The translations under genes and the position numbers were made by a program. Below, one piece after another: positions 30,037-39,002 of a stretch of DNA of 43,393 bases; position 1 is the first letter of the stretch; each line of letters begins with the position of its first letter. Source of the stretch: Pedosphaera sp. (GTDB lineage Bacteria; Verrucomicrobiota; Verrucomicrobiia; Limisphaerales; SIBH01); NCBI GenBank assembly GCA_031414955.1, contig JANOQV010000142.1:1-43393 (forward strand), given 5' to 3'. The notes beneath the pieces were generated by a model. That model did no database searches, had not been told where the DNA came from, and saw only the letters and a program-made list of their open reading frames with translations.

Positions 30037-32008
30037 AAGGTGATTCTGCCTTGAGCAGGATGCTGACGCGCACCCCGCCGCCGGGGCGGTTGGCGATGTC
30101 CAGGGCGCCGCCGTGTAACTCAATGATCTTCTTGCTCACCGGCAGGCCCAGTCCCGTGCCCACGCCGGTCGGCTTGGTGGTGAAGAAGGGGTCAAAAATC
30201 TTGGCCAGGTTCTCCTCGCGAATGCCCGGCCCGGTGTCGTCGATCTCGGTGGCCACGGTCAGGTCGCCGAGGAAGAACTGATTGCTGGAGCGCGAGCCTT
30301 CGTCGTGCCGGCTATGGACCAGCCGCTTCGAAAAAGTGCGGATGGTGAGTTTCCCGCCTCGGTCCATGGCTTGGATCGCGTTCATGAAGATGTTGACGAA
30401 GACCTGCTGAATCTGACTCTTCTCCATTTGGACCGGCGGCAGACCGGGGGCGAATTCCGTGGTCAATTCGATCTGCTGCAGGTTCATCTCGTGCCGCAGC
30501 AGCACCAGGGTTTGCTCCAACATCTGGTTTATGTCCTCCCCTCGCACATCAAGTTGATGGGCGGCGGCGAAGTCGAGCAGGCCGCGGGAAATCTTGTCCG
30601 CGCGGCCGATGGCGTCGCGCATCTCGGTCAGCACCAAGGCGATGTTTTCGTCCGCACGGGAGGTGTTCTTGTCGAGGTAGTTCAAGCCCATGGTCAGGGT
30701 GGCGAGTGGGTTTTTGACCTCGTGAGCCACTCCAGCGGCCAGGGTGCCGATGGATTCCATTTTCGCCGCCTGGATGAGTTGCAACTGGGCGGCCTTGAGT
30801 TCCGCGTGGGACTGGCGCAATTCCTCGTGGGCCCGGCGTAACTCTTCCTCGGCGCGCATCCGCTGGGTGATGTCCCAGAAAATTCCCTGGATGCCGATGA
30901 CGCGGCCCTGCGCGTCGTGGATGGGCGACTTGATGACGTTGACGAAATGCTTTTCTCCACCCGGCGTCTGGTTCACTTCCACGGTCTCGAAGAGCTTGCC
31001 GGTCTTGATCACCTGGCGATCGTCCGCTTGATATTTCGAGGCCAGTTCGGGATGGAAGAAATCGAAATCCGACTTGCCGATGATCTTTTCCAGCGGCTGG
31101 CCGAGCAACTGGCAGAACTTCTGGTTGGCGAAGGTAAAGCGTTCGTTCACGTCCTTGCGCAAGATGTGCTGCGGCAGCGATTCGACCAGCGAGTGATAAA
31201 ACGCCTCGGACTTGACGAGCTGTTCCTCGGCGGACTTGCGGACCGTGATGTCGCGGAGCAGACCGTCGTATTCCGTCACCTCGCCCAGTTCGTCACGGCG
31301 CGGCACGGCCGTGTTCCGCGCCCAGCGGAGCGACCCGTCCCGGTGGAAAATCCGAAATTCGATGGAGCGGGTGGCCTCGCCCTCGGCCGCGCGCCGGGCC
31401 TGTTCGACGAAGGCTTCCTGATCGTCGGGATGAATCATCCTCCGCCACAAGCCGGGATCGTGGGCGTAATCCTCCGGCGCGTAGCCGGTGAAAGCCAGGC
31501 AGGCCGGGCGGTGCGTGGTGCCGGTCACCGTGCCTTGGCTCACCCGGACCGAGTAAACGTGATCGGTGATCGACTCGAGCAGGTGACGGTAGTGCGCCTC
31601 GCTGGCCTTGAGCGTCTCCTCGGCGCGATGGCGTTCGATGGCGTAGTTGACGGCGCGGCGCAGGCCCGGCGCGTCAAACCGGCCCTTGACCAAATAATCC
31701 TGCGCGCCTTGGCGCACCGCCTGGAGAGCCAACTCTTCGTCGTCCGTGCCGCTGATGACGATGATGGGCAGGTTGCCCGCCACGGCCTCCAGCCGGTTGA
31801 AGGTGTCAAGCCCCTGACTGTCCGGCAGCGTCAGGTCCGAGATGATGACGTGGCAGGCATCGCAGGCCAGCTTCGGCAGCGCCTCGGCCAGGCGCGTGGC
31901 GTGGACGATTTCAAAACCGTCGTCGCCCCGGCGGAGCATGGTCGCGAGGAGGCTGGAGTCCATCGCGTTGTCTTCAATGATGAGCAGGCGTCTTTTTCGC
32001 GAAACCAT
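30008..32008 (-). CDS. Cytoplasmic hybrid sensor histidine kinase (REC-PAS-PAS-HisKA-HATPase)
   Basis: N-terminal REC (LLIIED, SDLTLPDSQG, GAQDYLVK), two PAS/PAC domains (IHPDD..DIT; ..WDIT), H-box AHEVKNPL, and N/G1/F/G2 boxes (NAIQAM, DTGPGI, FDPFFTTK, GTGLGL). Confidence 0.95.
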   Translation of the reverse strand: MVSRKRRLLIIEDNAMDSSLLATMLRRGDDGFEIVHATRLAEALPKLACDACHVIISDLTLPDSQGLDTFNRLEAVAGNLPIIVISGTDDEELALQAVRQGAQDYLVKGRFDAPGLRRAVNYAIERHRAEETLKASEAHYRHLLESITDHVYSVRVSQGTVTGTTHRPACLAFTGYAPEDYAHDPGLWRRMIHPDDQEAFVEQARRAAEGEATRSIEFRIFHRDGSLRWARNTAVPRRDELGEVTEYDGLLRDITVRKSAEEQLVKSEAFYHSLVESLPQHILRKDVNERFTFANQKFCQLLGQPLEKIIGKSDFDFFHPELASKYQADDRQVIKTGKLFETVEVNQTPGGEKHFVNVIKSPIHDAQGRVIGIQGIFWDITQRMRAEEELRRAHEELRQSHAELKAAQLQLIQAAKMESIGTLAAGVAHEVKNPLATLTMGLNYLDKNTSRADENIALVLTEMRDAIGRADKISRGLLDFAAAHQLDVRGEDINQMLEQTLVLLRHEMNLQQIELTTEFAPGLPPVQMEKSQIQQVFVNIFMNAIQAMDRGGKLTIRTFSKRLVHSRHDEGSRSSNQFFLGDLTVATEIDDTGPGIREENLAKIFDPFFTTKPTGVGTGLGLPVSKKIIELHGGALDIANRPGGGVRVSILLKAESPYEKENPPGG

Positions 32009-32079
32009 GCGCGGGCAGTGTTCGCTGAATCGAAGGCTGGCGCGAGGAAATTTCCGCCGTCAGCCAGGCGCGGGAGAAG

Positions 32080-33744
32080 TCAAAGCCCTTTGAGCGCCTC
32101 GGCGAAGAGCTTCGTTTCCTCGGGCAGCATGGAAACTTTCTCCATGCTGGTCAGGTGCGCGCGGGCCTGTTCCTTCTGTCCTGCCGCCGCCAGGAGCAGA
32201 CCGTAATAACCCGCCACGGCAGTGTTCTGGAGGTCGGTGGCGGGCAGCGTTTCGAGGAGCTTCAGGCCCGCCGTCGTCTGGCCCTGCAAATGGAGCGACC
32301 AGGCATGGGTTGAGACATATCCGGGGTTGCTCGGGCCCAGGGCGTAAACCTGCCGCGCCAGTTCGTGGGCCTTGGCCATGTTCGTCTGGAGCAGCAGGGC
32401 GAGCGTGGCCCAGTTGTTTTGCACGATGGGATTGGACGGCTGGCGTTCGAGCAGCACCGTGTTCACTTCGTAAAGCCCGCGGGCATTTTTTGTGCGCACG
32501 TAAAAAGCCTGCAACGAATCGAGCGGCCAGCGTTCCCTTGGGAACTGCCGGGCTGCGCGCCAGAACACAGTCTCGGCCTCGTTGGTCCAACCCCACGACG
32601 CAGCCAGCGGCGCGAGCAGCCCGAGCAGTTCCGCACGGGCCGAGGCTTCGCGCACCGCCCCGTTCCAGTGCGCCGTCGCGATGTCCGTCACCTTCTGGTT
32701 GCGCAAGGCGTAGGCCAGCAGTGCCTGCCGCAGGAAATCCCGTTCGCGCCAGCGTTGCCCGGTGAGGAACTCCTCCATCTCGCGCCATTGGGCCAGGCCC
32801 GCCAGGCTGTCCGCGACGGACATGGGCAACGGCAGTTCGTTCCGCACTTCGTTGGCCAAGGTCTTCGTCCATATCACCGCCTCGCCGCCCAGGCCGAGGC
32901 CGGACAGGCGCGTGACCAAATCCGCCGCGAGCAGGGCGTTGGTCGCAGCCTCGCGCTGCGTATGGCCAAGGAACATTCGGAACGAGGCATCCTTCGCGCC
33001 GTGCAGCACGACGAGGTGTTCCAGCCGATCCGCGAACGTGGCGCGGGGGCTTTGCAACAAGGTGGTGGAATAGCTCTGGGCCGCGGTGAATTGCTTCCGC
33101 CCCGCGTGATGCACGACCAGCGCGCGCAAGGCCGCCGGCCCAAAGGCCGCGCTCTTCTGGAGCTGCTCCAGATCCTGGCGGGCCTGGGCCGAGGCGGCTG
33201 CGTCCCGCGATTCAAGCCGCACCACGGCGAGGTTTAACTGATGAAGCTGGTTGGTCGGCTCCAGCCGGATGGCCGCTTCAAAATGTTGCGCCGCCTCGGC
33301 CCACTGGTTTTGGCGCAGCGCCAATTGGGCCGACACGACCTGGAACGGCACGGAGGTGCGCGCTTCCTCGCTCAAATCCCGCAAGGCCTGGCCGGCGATG
33401 GGGAAGGGCGGCTGCTCGTAGCGCAACGCGCAGGCGGCAAAGGTCAGGCGGTTCTCGAACGAGGGCTGGAGCTCGGCCACGCGCCGCCGCCACAACATGG
33501 CGTGGGAGGAGCGCGAGGCATCGGCCAGGTCGGCCATGACCCGGCAGGCAGCGAGGTTGTTCGAGTTGAGGACCAGCGCCTGTTGCGCGTTTAGGAGCGC
33601 CGGGCGTAGCTCATTCTTGGCCAGCGCGGCGCTGGCCTGGCGGGCGAAGCGCTGCTCCTTGTGCGCGCGGTAGGCTGGCCGGCCCAGCCAAAGACCCAGG
33701 CCCGTCAGCACCGACAGCAGCAAAATAATGGCAAATTTTTTCAT
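32080..33744 (-). CDS. Exported/membrane-anchored TPR-repeat protein
   Basis: N-terminal signal/TM MKKFAIILLLSVLTGLGLWL; helical TPR-like repeats (EAAIRLEPTN, PSNPIVQNNWA, PSNPGYVSTHAW). Confidence 0.82.
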   Translation of the reverse strand: MKKFAIILLLSVLTGLGLWLGRPAYRAHKEQRFARQASAALAKNELRPALLNAQQALVLNSNNLAACRVMADLADASRSSHAMLWRRRVAELQPSFENRLTFAACALRYEQPPFPIAGQALRDLSEEARTSVPFQVVSAQLALRQNQWAEAAQHFEAAIRLEPTNQLHQLNLAVVRLESRDAAASAQARQDLEQLQKSAAFGPAALRALVVHHAGRKQFTAAQSYSTTLLQSPRATFADRLEHLVVLHGAKDASFRMFLGHTQREAATNALLAADLVTRLSGLGLGGEAVIWTKTLANEVRNELPLPMSVADSLAGLAQWREMEEFLTGQRWRERDFLRQALLAYALRNQKVTDIATAHWNGAVREASARAELLGLLAPLAASWGWTNEAETVFWRAARQFPRERWPLDSLQAFYVRTKNARGLYEVNTVLLERQPSNPIVQNNWATLALLLQTNMAKAHELARQVYALGPSNPGYVSTHAWSLHLQGQTTAGLKLLETLPATDLQNTAVAGYYGLLLAAAGQKEQARAHLTSMEKVSMLPEETKLFAEALKGL

Positions 33745-34010
33745 CAACATCAGGGCGCGGAGATTTGCTCAGGCCCCGCTCATTTGCAACAGCCCCGCGC
33801 CGGGCGCGGTTTGATTCGAGTTGAACCGCCCCCGTTCTGGCCGGAAGAAGGGCGTTGAAGACCAAGGCGCGCGGGCTGCTCACAACACACCGAGCAGGCC
33901 AAGCGTGCGGATGGCACCCGCCACCGCGCACGGGATGGTGAGGATGATTATCAACGATCACCGCAGCCTCGGTTCACTCGTGGCTGCTCGTCCATCCGGT
34001 CCACTGTTCC

Positions 34011-36068
34011 TCACGCCGCCGCCGCGACCCGCCGCGAAAGCCGCGCTGCGACCCACGTCTCAAAAATCAACACCACTAGCGTGGCGACGATGATCCAGCG
34101 CCAAAGCTTCTGATGGTTCTCCAGTTCCGTCGCCTTGAGCTGTTGCTCGCGCCGGGCGATCTGCTCGGTGGTCCCCACCGGCTGCGGCTTCACCGGCACG
34201 CCCAGTTGCTCAAATTGTTCCAAGGTCAGCGGCGCGGTCTTGGATTCCTCGCCCGCTAGGTTCACCGCGAAACGCCACGGCGGCTCCACCCCGGTCACGC
34301 TGTACACGCCGGGCAGGTCGGTGGCGGTAAAGGATTTCACCCCCGCCTCGATGGACGCCGTGGTGCCGTCGGGCTTGCGCACGGTGAGGGCGTTGGTCGC
34401 GTGCAGCGTGGAGACATCCACCGCCTCGTCCACGGTGAAGGCGAGCGACTGCGCCTTCATCGCGCCGCCGATTTCGAGCAGCGAGTAGAGCAGGGGCACG
34501 AACTTGGAGGAGAGCGCGAGCTGGCTGTCGCCCGGCTGCCAGCCCGCCGCCAGCACGAAGAGCGTGCCCTTGCCGGTGAGGAACTGCGCCACGGCGGGAT
34601 CGCCATTGTCAAACCGCGCGAGCACATGCGCGTTGGTGGTGCCGAAGTTCAACTTGCGATGTTTCCAGAAATGAATCTTGGTGAAGTCGCTGAAGCGCGC
34701 GTCGGCAAAGGAGGCGAAGAGCGGATGACTGAACTCGATCTCCGAGAGCATCTGGTAGCCGCCGCCCGAAGCCTCTTCGGCGGTGATGTTGTAACCGGTC
34801 AGCCCCGCAATGGTGTCCGCTTCCGCCGGGGAGCGCAGCGCGCACAAAATGGTCGCGCCATTGGTCAGCGCGGCGGCGACTTCACGCATCGCACCGGCGG
34901 GCAAGGCGGCACCGAGCACGACCAGGCTGGCGTTGCGCATCGTGTCGGCGAGATCCCCGGCGGGTTTCACGGGCTTGATGTGGACTATTTGGCGCGCAGT
35001 CTCGGGGAAGGCACGCTTGAGATAGAAGAGCAGGTTTTGCGTGTTCGTCTCCTCGTCGTTGCCGATGAAGGCAACTTCGATTTGCTCGCGCGGCGGCGTG
35101 ATGACATTCAGGCTGTTGTCGAAATCCTGCTCGTCGCCGGTGAGCACGAGCGTGTCCGATCCGGCGGCGCGGGGCAGGTCGAGCATGCGGTTCTGCCCGG
35201 CGGGCACGTAGAGCGAGGTTGGATTGGAGAGGCTGTTGCTCCAGCGCAGTTCGAACTGCTCACGCTTCGCGTCGCCGGCATTGTGGACGCGGATGCGAAC
35301 CGTCTCGACCGCTTGAACCGTGTTCGCCGCCTGCGCGAGCAATTGCGCGCCGGCATTGCCCGGGCGTTTGACCTTCACCGGCGCGAGTGTGACCTGCGTT
35401 TGCTTGGGCCATTGCAAACCTTGCAGCCCGTCGAGCCGCGCGCCTTCCTGCAGGTCGGAAACGATAATGATGCGACGCTCGGCGGTGGCGAACTCGCGCT
35501 CGGCATCGAGTGTTTCGTTGGCCGCGATGAGCGCGTGGCCCAAATGCGTATTGTTCCAACTCGGCTTCAACAGGCGCAGCCGTTGCTCGGCCAGGACCTT
35601 GCGTTCGTTCGCCGAAGCGAGGGTCCAGTCGCGGAACGGCAACACGGTGCGCGCACTCCGGTCGAAGGCGAGAATGGCGATTTGATCCGCCGGCGCGGCC
35701 CGGCGCGCAAGGTCGAGCGCCTTGTCCACAGCTTCAGTCCAGAGATTGTCGCGGCGCATGCTCGCACTGGTGTCGATGAGGATGACGGTGCGCGTGACCG
35801 CACCCTTCGTGGGCGAGGCATGGAGCGGGTTGCGCAAGAACGGTCGCGCGAAAGCCAGCGCCAGCAGGGCCAGCACGGCGCAACGCAGGATGAGCAGAAG
35901 AATATTCTCCAGCCGGCTCTTGCGCGTGACCCGCGGCGGCGTGGGCTGAAGGAACATGAGCGAACTGAACAGGGTCTTCTCCCGCGACGTGCGCCGGATG
36001 AGATGGAAGAGGATCGGCGCGGCGACGGCCAGCGCACCGAGGACGAAGAGTGGGGCGAGAAAGCTCAT
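34011..36068 (-). CDS. BatA N-terminal / von Willebrand A domain membrane protein
   Basis: MSFLAPLF...PILFHLI...FSSLMFL...LAFARP (BatA), MIDAS DTSASM, SDLQ, NLAGEES and C-terminal LWRWII TM. Confidence 0.92.
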   Translation of the reverse strand: MSFLAPLFVLGALAVAAPILFHLIRRTSREKTLFSSLMFLQPTPPRVTRKSRLENILLLILRCAVLALLALAFARPFLRNPLHASPTKGAVTRTVILIDTSASMRRDNLWTEAVDKALDLARRAAPADQIAILAFDRSARTVLPFRDWTLASANERKVLAEQRLRLLKPSWNNTHLGHALIAANETLDAEREFATAERRIIIVSDLQEGARLDGLQGLQWPKQTQVTLAPVKVKRPGNAGAQLLAQAANTVQAVETVRIRVHNAGDAKREQFELRWSNSLSNPTSLYVPAGQNRMLDLPRAAGSDTLVLTGDEQDFDNSLNVITPPREQIEVAFIGNDEETNTQNLLFYLKRAFPETARQIVHIKPVKPAGDLADTMRNASLVVLGAALPAGAMREVAAALTNGATILCALRSPAEADTIAGLTGYNITAEEASGGGYQMLSEIEFSHPLFASFADARFSDFTKIHFWKHRKLNFGTTNAHVLARFDNGDPAVAQFLTGKGTLFVLAAGWQPGDSQLALSSKFVPLLYSLLEIGGAMKAQSLAFTVDEAVDVSTLHATNALTVRKPDGTTASIEAGVKSFTATDLPGVYSVTGVEPPWRFAVNLAGEESKTAPLTLEQFEQLGVPVKPQPVGTTEQIARREQQLKATELENHQKLWRWIIVATLVVLIFETWVAARLSRRVAAAA

Positions 36069-36075
36069 GTGGGGA

Positions 36076-36211
36076 AAGATCCAAAATCCAAAATCCAAGA
36101 TCCAGAGAAGCTCCCAACATCAAACACCATTGGCGTGATCCCGTCAGAGCTTTCTCTTGGAGCTTGGAGCTTGGTGTTTCTTTGGAGCTTGGAGCTTGAA
36201 GCTTGGATCTT
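36076..36211. repeat. Heptamer tandem-repeat hairpin element filling the DUF58-BatA intergenic space
   Basis: Left arm CCAAAAT-CCAAAAT-CCAAGAT-CCAGAGA; right arm (TTGGAGC)n...TTGAAGC-TTGGATC; termini AAGATCCAA / TTGGATCTT are complementary. Confidence 0.85.
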
Positions 36212-37143
36212 CATGTCAGCGTGTTGCGGCGAATCAGTTTCCCGCGCTGCATCCGGCCGCGCATGAAATCAAACAGCGCCAGTTCCAGAGGACGGTCCGT
36301 GGTCAACCGGTGATAGGCCGCGCCCAGTTTGCGGCAGGTGGATTCAATCCCGGCGTTGTGCGCGGTGAACTGGCGCAGGTAATCCTTTCGCGCCGCCACG
36401 GGGTCGAGGTAAATCTCCCGCCCCGTCTCCACGTCGAGAAAGAGCGAGGCCTTGTCGAATTTGAAATCCATCTCCGCCGGATCGAGCACATGGAACACCA
36501 CTGTCTCATGGCCGCAGGCCGCCAGTGCCGCGAGGCTGCTCTCCATCCGCTCCACCGGCGCGAGCAGGTCGGAAATCAAAACCATCAACGCGCGGCGGCG
36601 GGTGAGTTCCACCGCGCGGGTCAGCGGCGCGATCAAATCCGTGCTCGTCCCCGCCGAGGCTTTCTCCAGGGCCAGCATGAGGTGGCGGAGGTGGCCGGGG
36701 CGATGGCGGGCCGGCAGATAGTCGCGCACTCCTTCGTCAAACGTCAGCACGCCGACCGCATCGCCTTGCTTGGAAAGAAAATGCGCCAGCGTCGCGGCCA
36801 GCGTGTTGGCGTAATCGCCCTTGGTGTAGCTCAACGAGCCGTAGCCCATGGAGCGGCTCGCATCCACGAGCAACTGGCAGCGCAGATTCGTTTCATCCTC
36901 GAACTTGCGCAGGTAATGCCGGTCACAGCGCGCGAACAATTTCCAGTCCACGTAGCGCGGATCATCGCCCGGGGTGTACTGGCGATACTCGGTAAACTCG
37001 ACCGAGAAGCCGTGATAAGGACTGCGATGCAGGCCGTTCCAGAAGCCCTGCACCACGATGCGGGCGCGCAACTCCAGGTTGCGAATCCGCATCAGCGTCT
37101 GCGGATCAACCAAGGACTTCGCACTGGGTTTCTCGACGGCCAT
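36211..37143 (-). CDS. DUF58 family vWA-like protein (MoxR-associated)
   Basis: GLHRSPYHGFSVEFTEYRQYTPGDDPRYVDWK, KFEDETN, DASRSM, ISDL and VLDPAE motifs. Confidence 0.95.
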   Translation of the reverse strand: MAVEKPSAKSLVDPQTLMRIRNLELRARIVVQGFWNGLHRSPYHGFSVEFTEYRQYTPGDDPRYVDWKLFARCDRHYLRKFEDETNLRCQLLVDASRSMGYGSLSYTKGDYANTLAATLAHFLSKQGDAVGVLTFDEGVRDYLPARHRPGHLRHLMLALEKASAGTSTDLIAPLTRAVELTRRRALMVLISDLLAPVERMESSLAALAACGHETVVFHVLDPAEMDFKFDKASLFLDVETGREIYLDPVAARKDYLRQFTAHNAGIESTCRKLGAAYHRLTTDRPLELALFDFMRGRMQRGKLIRRNTLT

Positions 37144-37270
37144 GTGCGGAGCCTACCGGACTGCGATCCGGAATGGTGCAAAAATCTCTCACGAATAAGG
37201 TGGCGTGTGACCAGGAATACGGGATTCGAGTGGCGTCAAGGCGAGCGGTTCGATACCTTGGATCGTAGCC

Positions 37271-37585
37271 ATGATTTTTGCCGCGTTCATCCTGACCGTT
37301 GCGCTGGCCTTGCTGGGCCTCAGAGACCTGTGCCGCAAGCTGCGTCGCCGGTTGGCGGATCGGCTGGCCCGCGGCGCGGAACCGATGGCAGGTCATGGCC
37401 TCGACGCCCGCGCGGTGACTCCCCGCATCTCCGCCGTGCGCCAGGATTACCTGGCGGCAATCCACGCCCGCGAGCACGAGTCGGAATATCATCAGGAGTT
37501 GCTGGACTCAGCGCGCGCGATGGTGTCGCAGATGGGGTTTTTCAAAAAGCCCACCGACGGAAACACGTCCGCCGCGCCCGGCTGA
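37271..37585 (+). CDS. Hypothetical small membrane-anchored protein (104 aa)
   Basis: ATG ORF with hydrophobic N-terminus MIFAAFILTVALALLGL; no recognised family. Confidence 0.5.
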   Translation: MIFAAFILTVALALLGLRDLCRKLRRRLADRLARGAEPMAGHGLDARAVTPRISAVRQDYLAAIHAREHESEYHQELLDSARAMVSQMGFFKKPTDGNTSAAPG

Positions 37586-38016
37586 TGCGCTGAGCATTGC
37601 CGCCCCGCCTTCGTCCAACCCGGTTTTGAAAACGATGCTCAACCTCCCGCTCCGGATCTTCATGTTCCTGGCGAGGTCCAGATCGTAGTGCAGGCGGTGA
37701 CGATGCAAACCAGCAGCGCAGCAAACCCGACCGATAGAAAAATTCGCAGTGCCTTGTTCATGCCGGCGCGACAAGAGGCGGCCGCGTGGTGGAGAATGGC
37801 GGGCCACCTCTGGGAAGGAACACCCTGGCTCGCCTTGGCCCGAGGACGCAGGAAAGCGTCGTCACCTGCCCACAGCAACGGCACTGCGTCGCTCCCGCCT
37901 TCCAGTCTCGCTTGGGTGGGATTTCTAAGATGCGACCGAAACGACGCGCGCATCTGCCATTGCCACGGGTCGGCAAAACAGCGTAGCTGCGCGGCAACAC
38001 TAACCAGGAGTTCAAT

Positions 38017-38112
38017 ATGGCCAAAGGAAACCGCAGTCAGAAGAAGGAAGTCAGGAAGCCGAAGAAGGAAAAGCCCAAGGCCGCGTCCGCGCCCTCGCGC
38101 CGGGTTCCCTGA
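38017..38112 (+). CDS. Small Lys-rich protein, 31 aa (MAKGNRSQKKEVRKPKKEKPKAASAPSRRVP)
   Basis: AGGAG at 38006-38010, 6 nt before the ATG; below the ORF-track cut-off; read by hand. Confidence 0.65.
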   Translation: MAKGNRSQKKEVRKPKKEKPKAASAPSRRVP

Positions 38113-38197
38113 CCGGACACCCGATGAGAATCCAGCGCTCCATGAGGCCGCCACTCGCAACCAGGGCGGAGGACTTGAGGGAGTAGGAAATCATCCC

Positions 38198-38419
38198 ATG
38201 TCCTCACCCTCCTCCCATCCGCGCGATCCCCTGCACGGCATCACGCTGGAGAAGATCCTCAATGATCTCGTCCAGCGGCATGGCTGGAGGGAATTGGGGC
38301 GGCGCGTTCCCGTCCGCTGTTTTCAGTTCAACCCGAGCATCAAGTCCAGCCTCACCTTCCTGCGCAAGACCGCCTGGGCACGCCAGCGGATCGAGGCGTG
38401 GTACATCGGGGAGCTTTGA
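38198..38419 (+). CDS. VF530/DUF2132 family small putative DNA-binding protein
   Basis: DPLHGITLEKILNDLV..HGW..LG, CFQFNPSIKSSLTFLRKTAWAR..IE..Y signature. Confidence 0.92.
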   Translation: MSSPSSHPRDPLHGITLEKILNDLVQRHGWRELGRRVPVRCFQFNPSIKSSLTFLRKTAWARQRIEAWYIGEL

Positions 38420-38524
38420 TCTTTAGCTGACCGTGGTTTGAAGATTCCGGCCACGCTTACGCCGATGGAGTGCATCGCTTGGGCTTTGACGGGACAGTGT
38501 TTGCAGGCGCAACATCACGACATC

Positions 38525-38938
38525 ATGCGTGGACAGATTAATACCAATCTCGATTGGTGGCTCGCGGCGGTTTGCATTCGGATTGAACCCGTTGGCTGCG
38601 ATTTACGCGATGGCCGCAAGCGGAACTTGACGTGGGTCAATCACCATCTGGTTCATGCCAAAACGCTGGCCGAGGCTTACGACAAGGCGGTGGTGATCGG
38701 GCGAAAGTCTCAATCGAAATACAAAGCCCGGCGTGGTTGGCTGAGACACCGGTTCGTCGGCATCTGGCAGATTCTCCTCATCCAAGATGACATCGCTGAC
38801 GGTGAAGAATTGCTGTGGGAAGATTACGGGGCCATGACCGCACTGGTGGCGAAGCGCCGATGCCGCTCGAAGCGACAGGTTCTCGCGGATTATCAACGTC
38901 CCTGCGGAAAGGCCAAGCGTTCGGGGGCGAAACCGTGA
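38525..38938 (+). CDS. DUF4288-like hypothetical protein
   Basis: WWLA...LVHAKTLAEAYDKAVVIG...FVGI...DGEEL pattern; start uncertain. Confidence 0.65.
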   Translation: MRGQINTNLDWWLAAVCIRIEPVGCDLRDGRKRNLTWVNHHLVHAKTLAEAYDKAVVIGRKSQSKYKARRGWLRHRFVGIWQILLIQDDIADGEELLWEDYGAMTALVAKRRCRSKRQVLADYQRPCGKAKRSGAKP

Positions 38939-39002
38939 ACGGCTGATCGAATCGAACTTCTCCCTGCGCCGTCCATTCCGCCGTGTTAAACATCTCGCAG
39001 CC

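Noticed and set aside
33880..33954. Short hydrophobic minus-strand frame LIIILTIPCAVAGAIRTLGLLGVL
   Set aside because: Only 24 codons with a TTG start and no RBS; could be a gene remnant but is unsupported.
37200..37265. GGTTCGATACC resembling a tRNA T-loop
   Set aside because: No cloverleaf, acceptor stem or anticodon arm could be built around it.
37660..37761. 33-aa minus-strand ORF with signal peptide and lipobox-like VTAC
   Set aside because: Stops 9 residues after the Cys; possibly a truncated lipoprotein, but no independent support.
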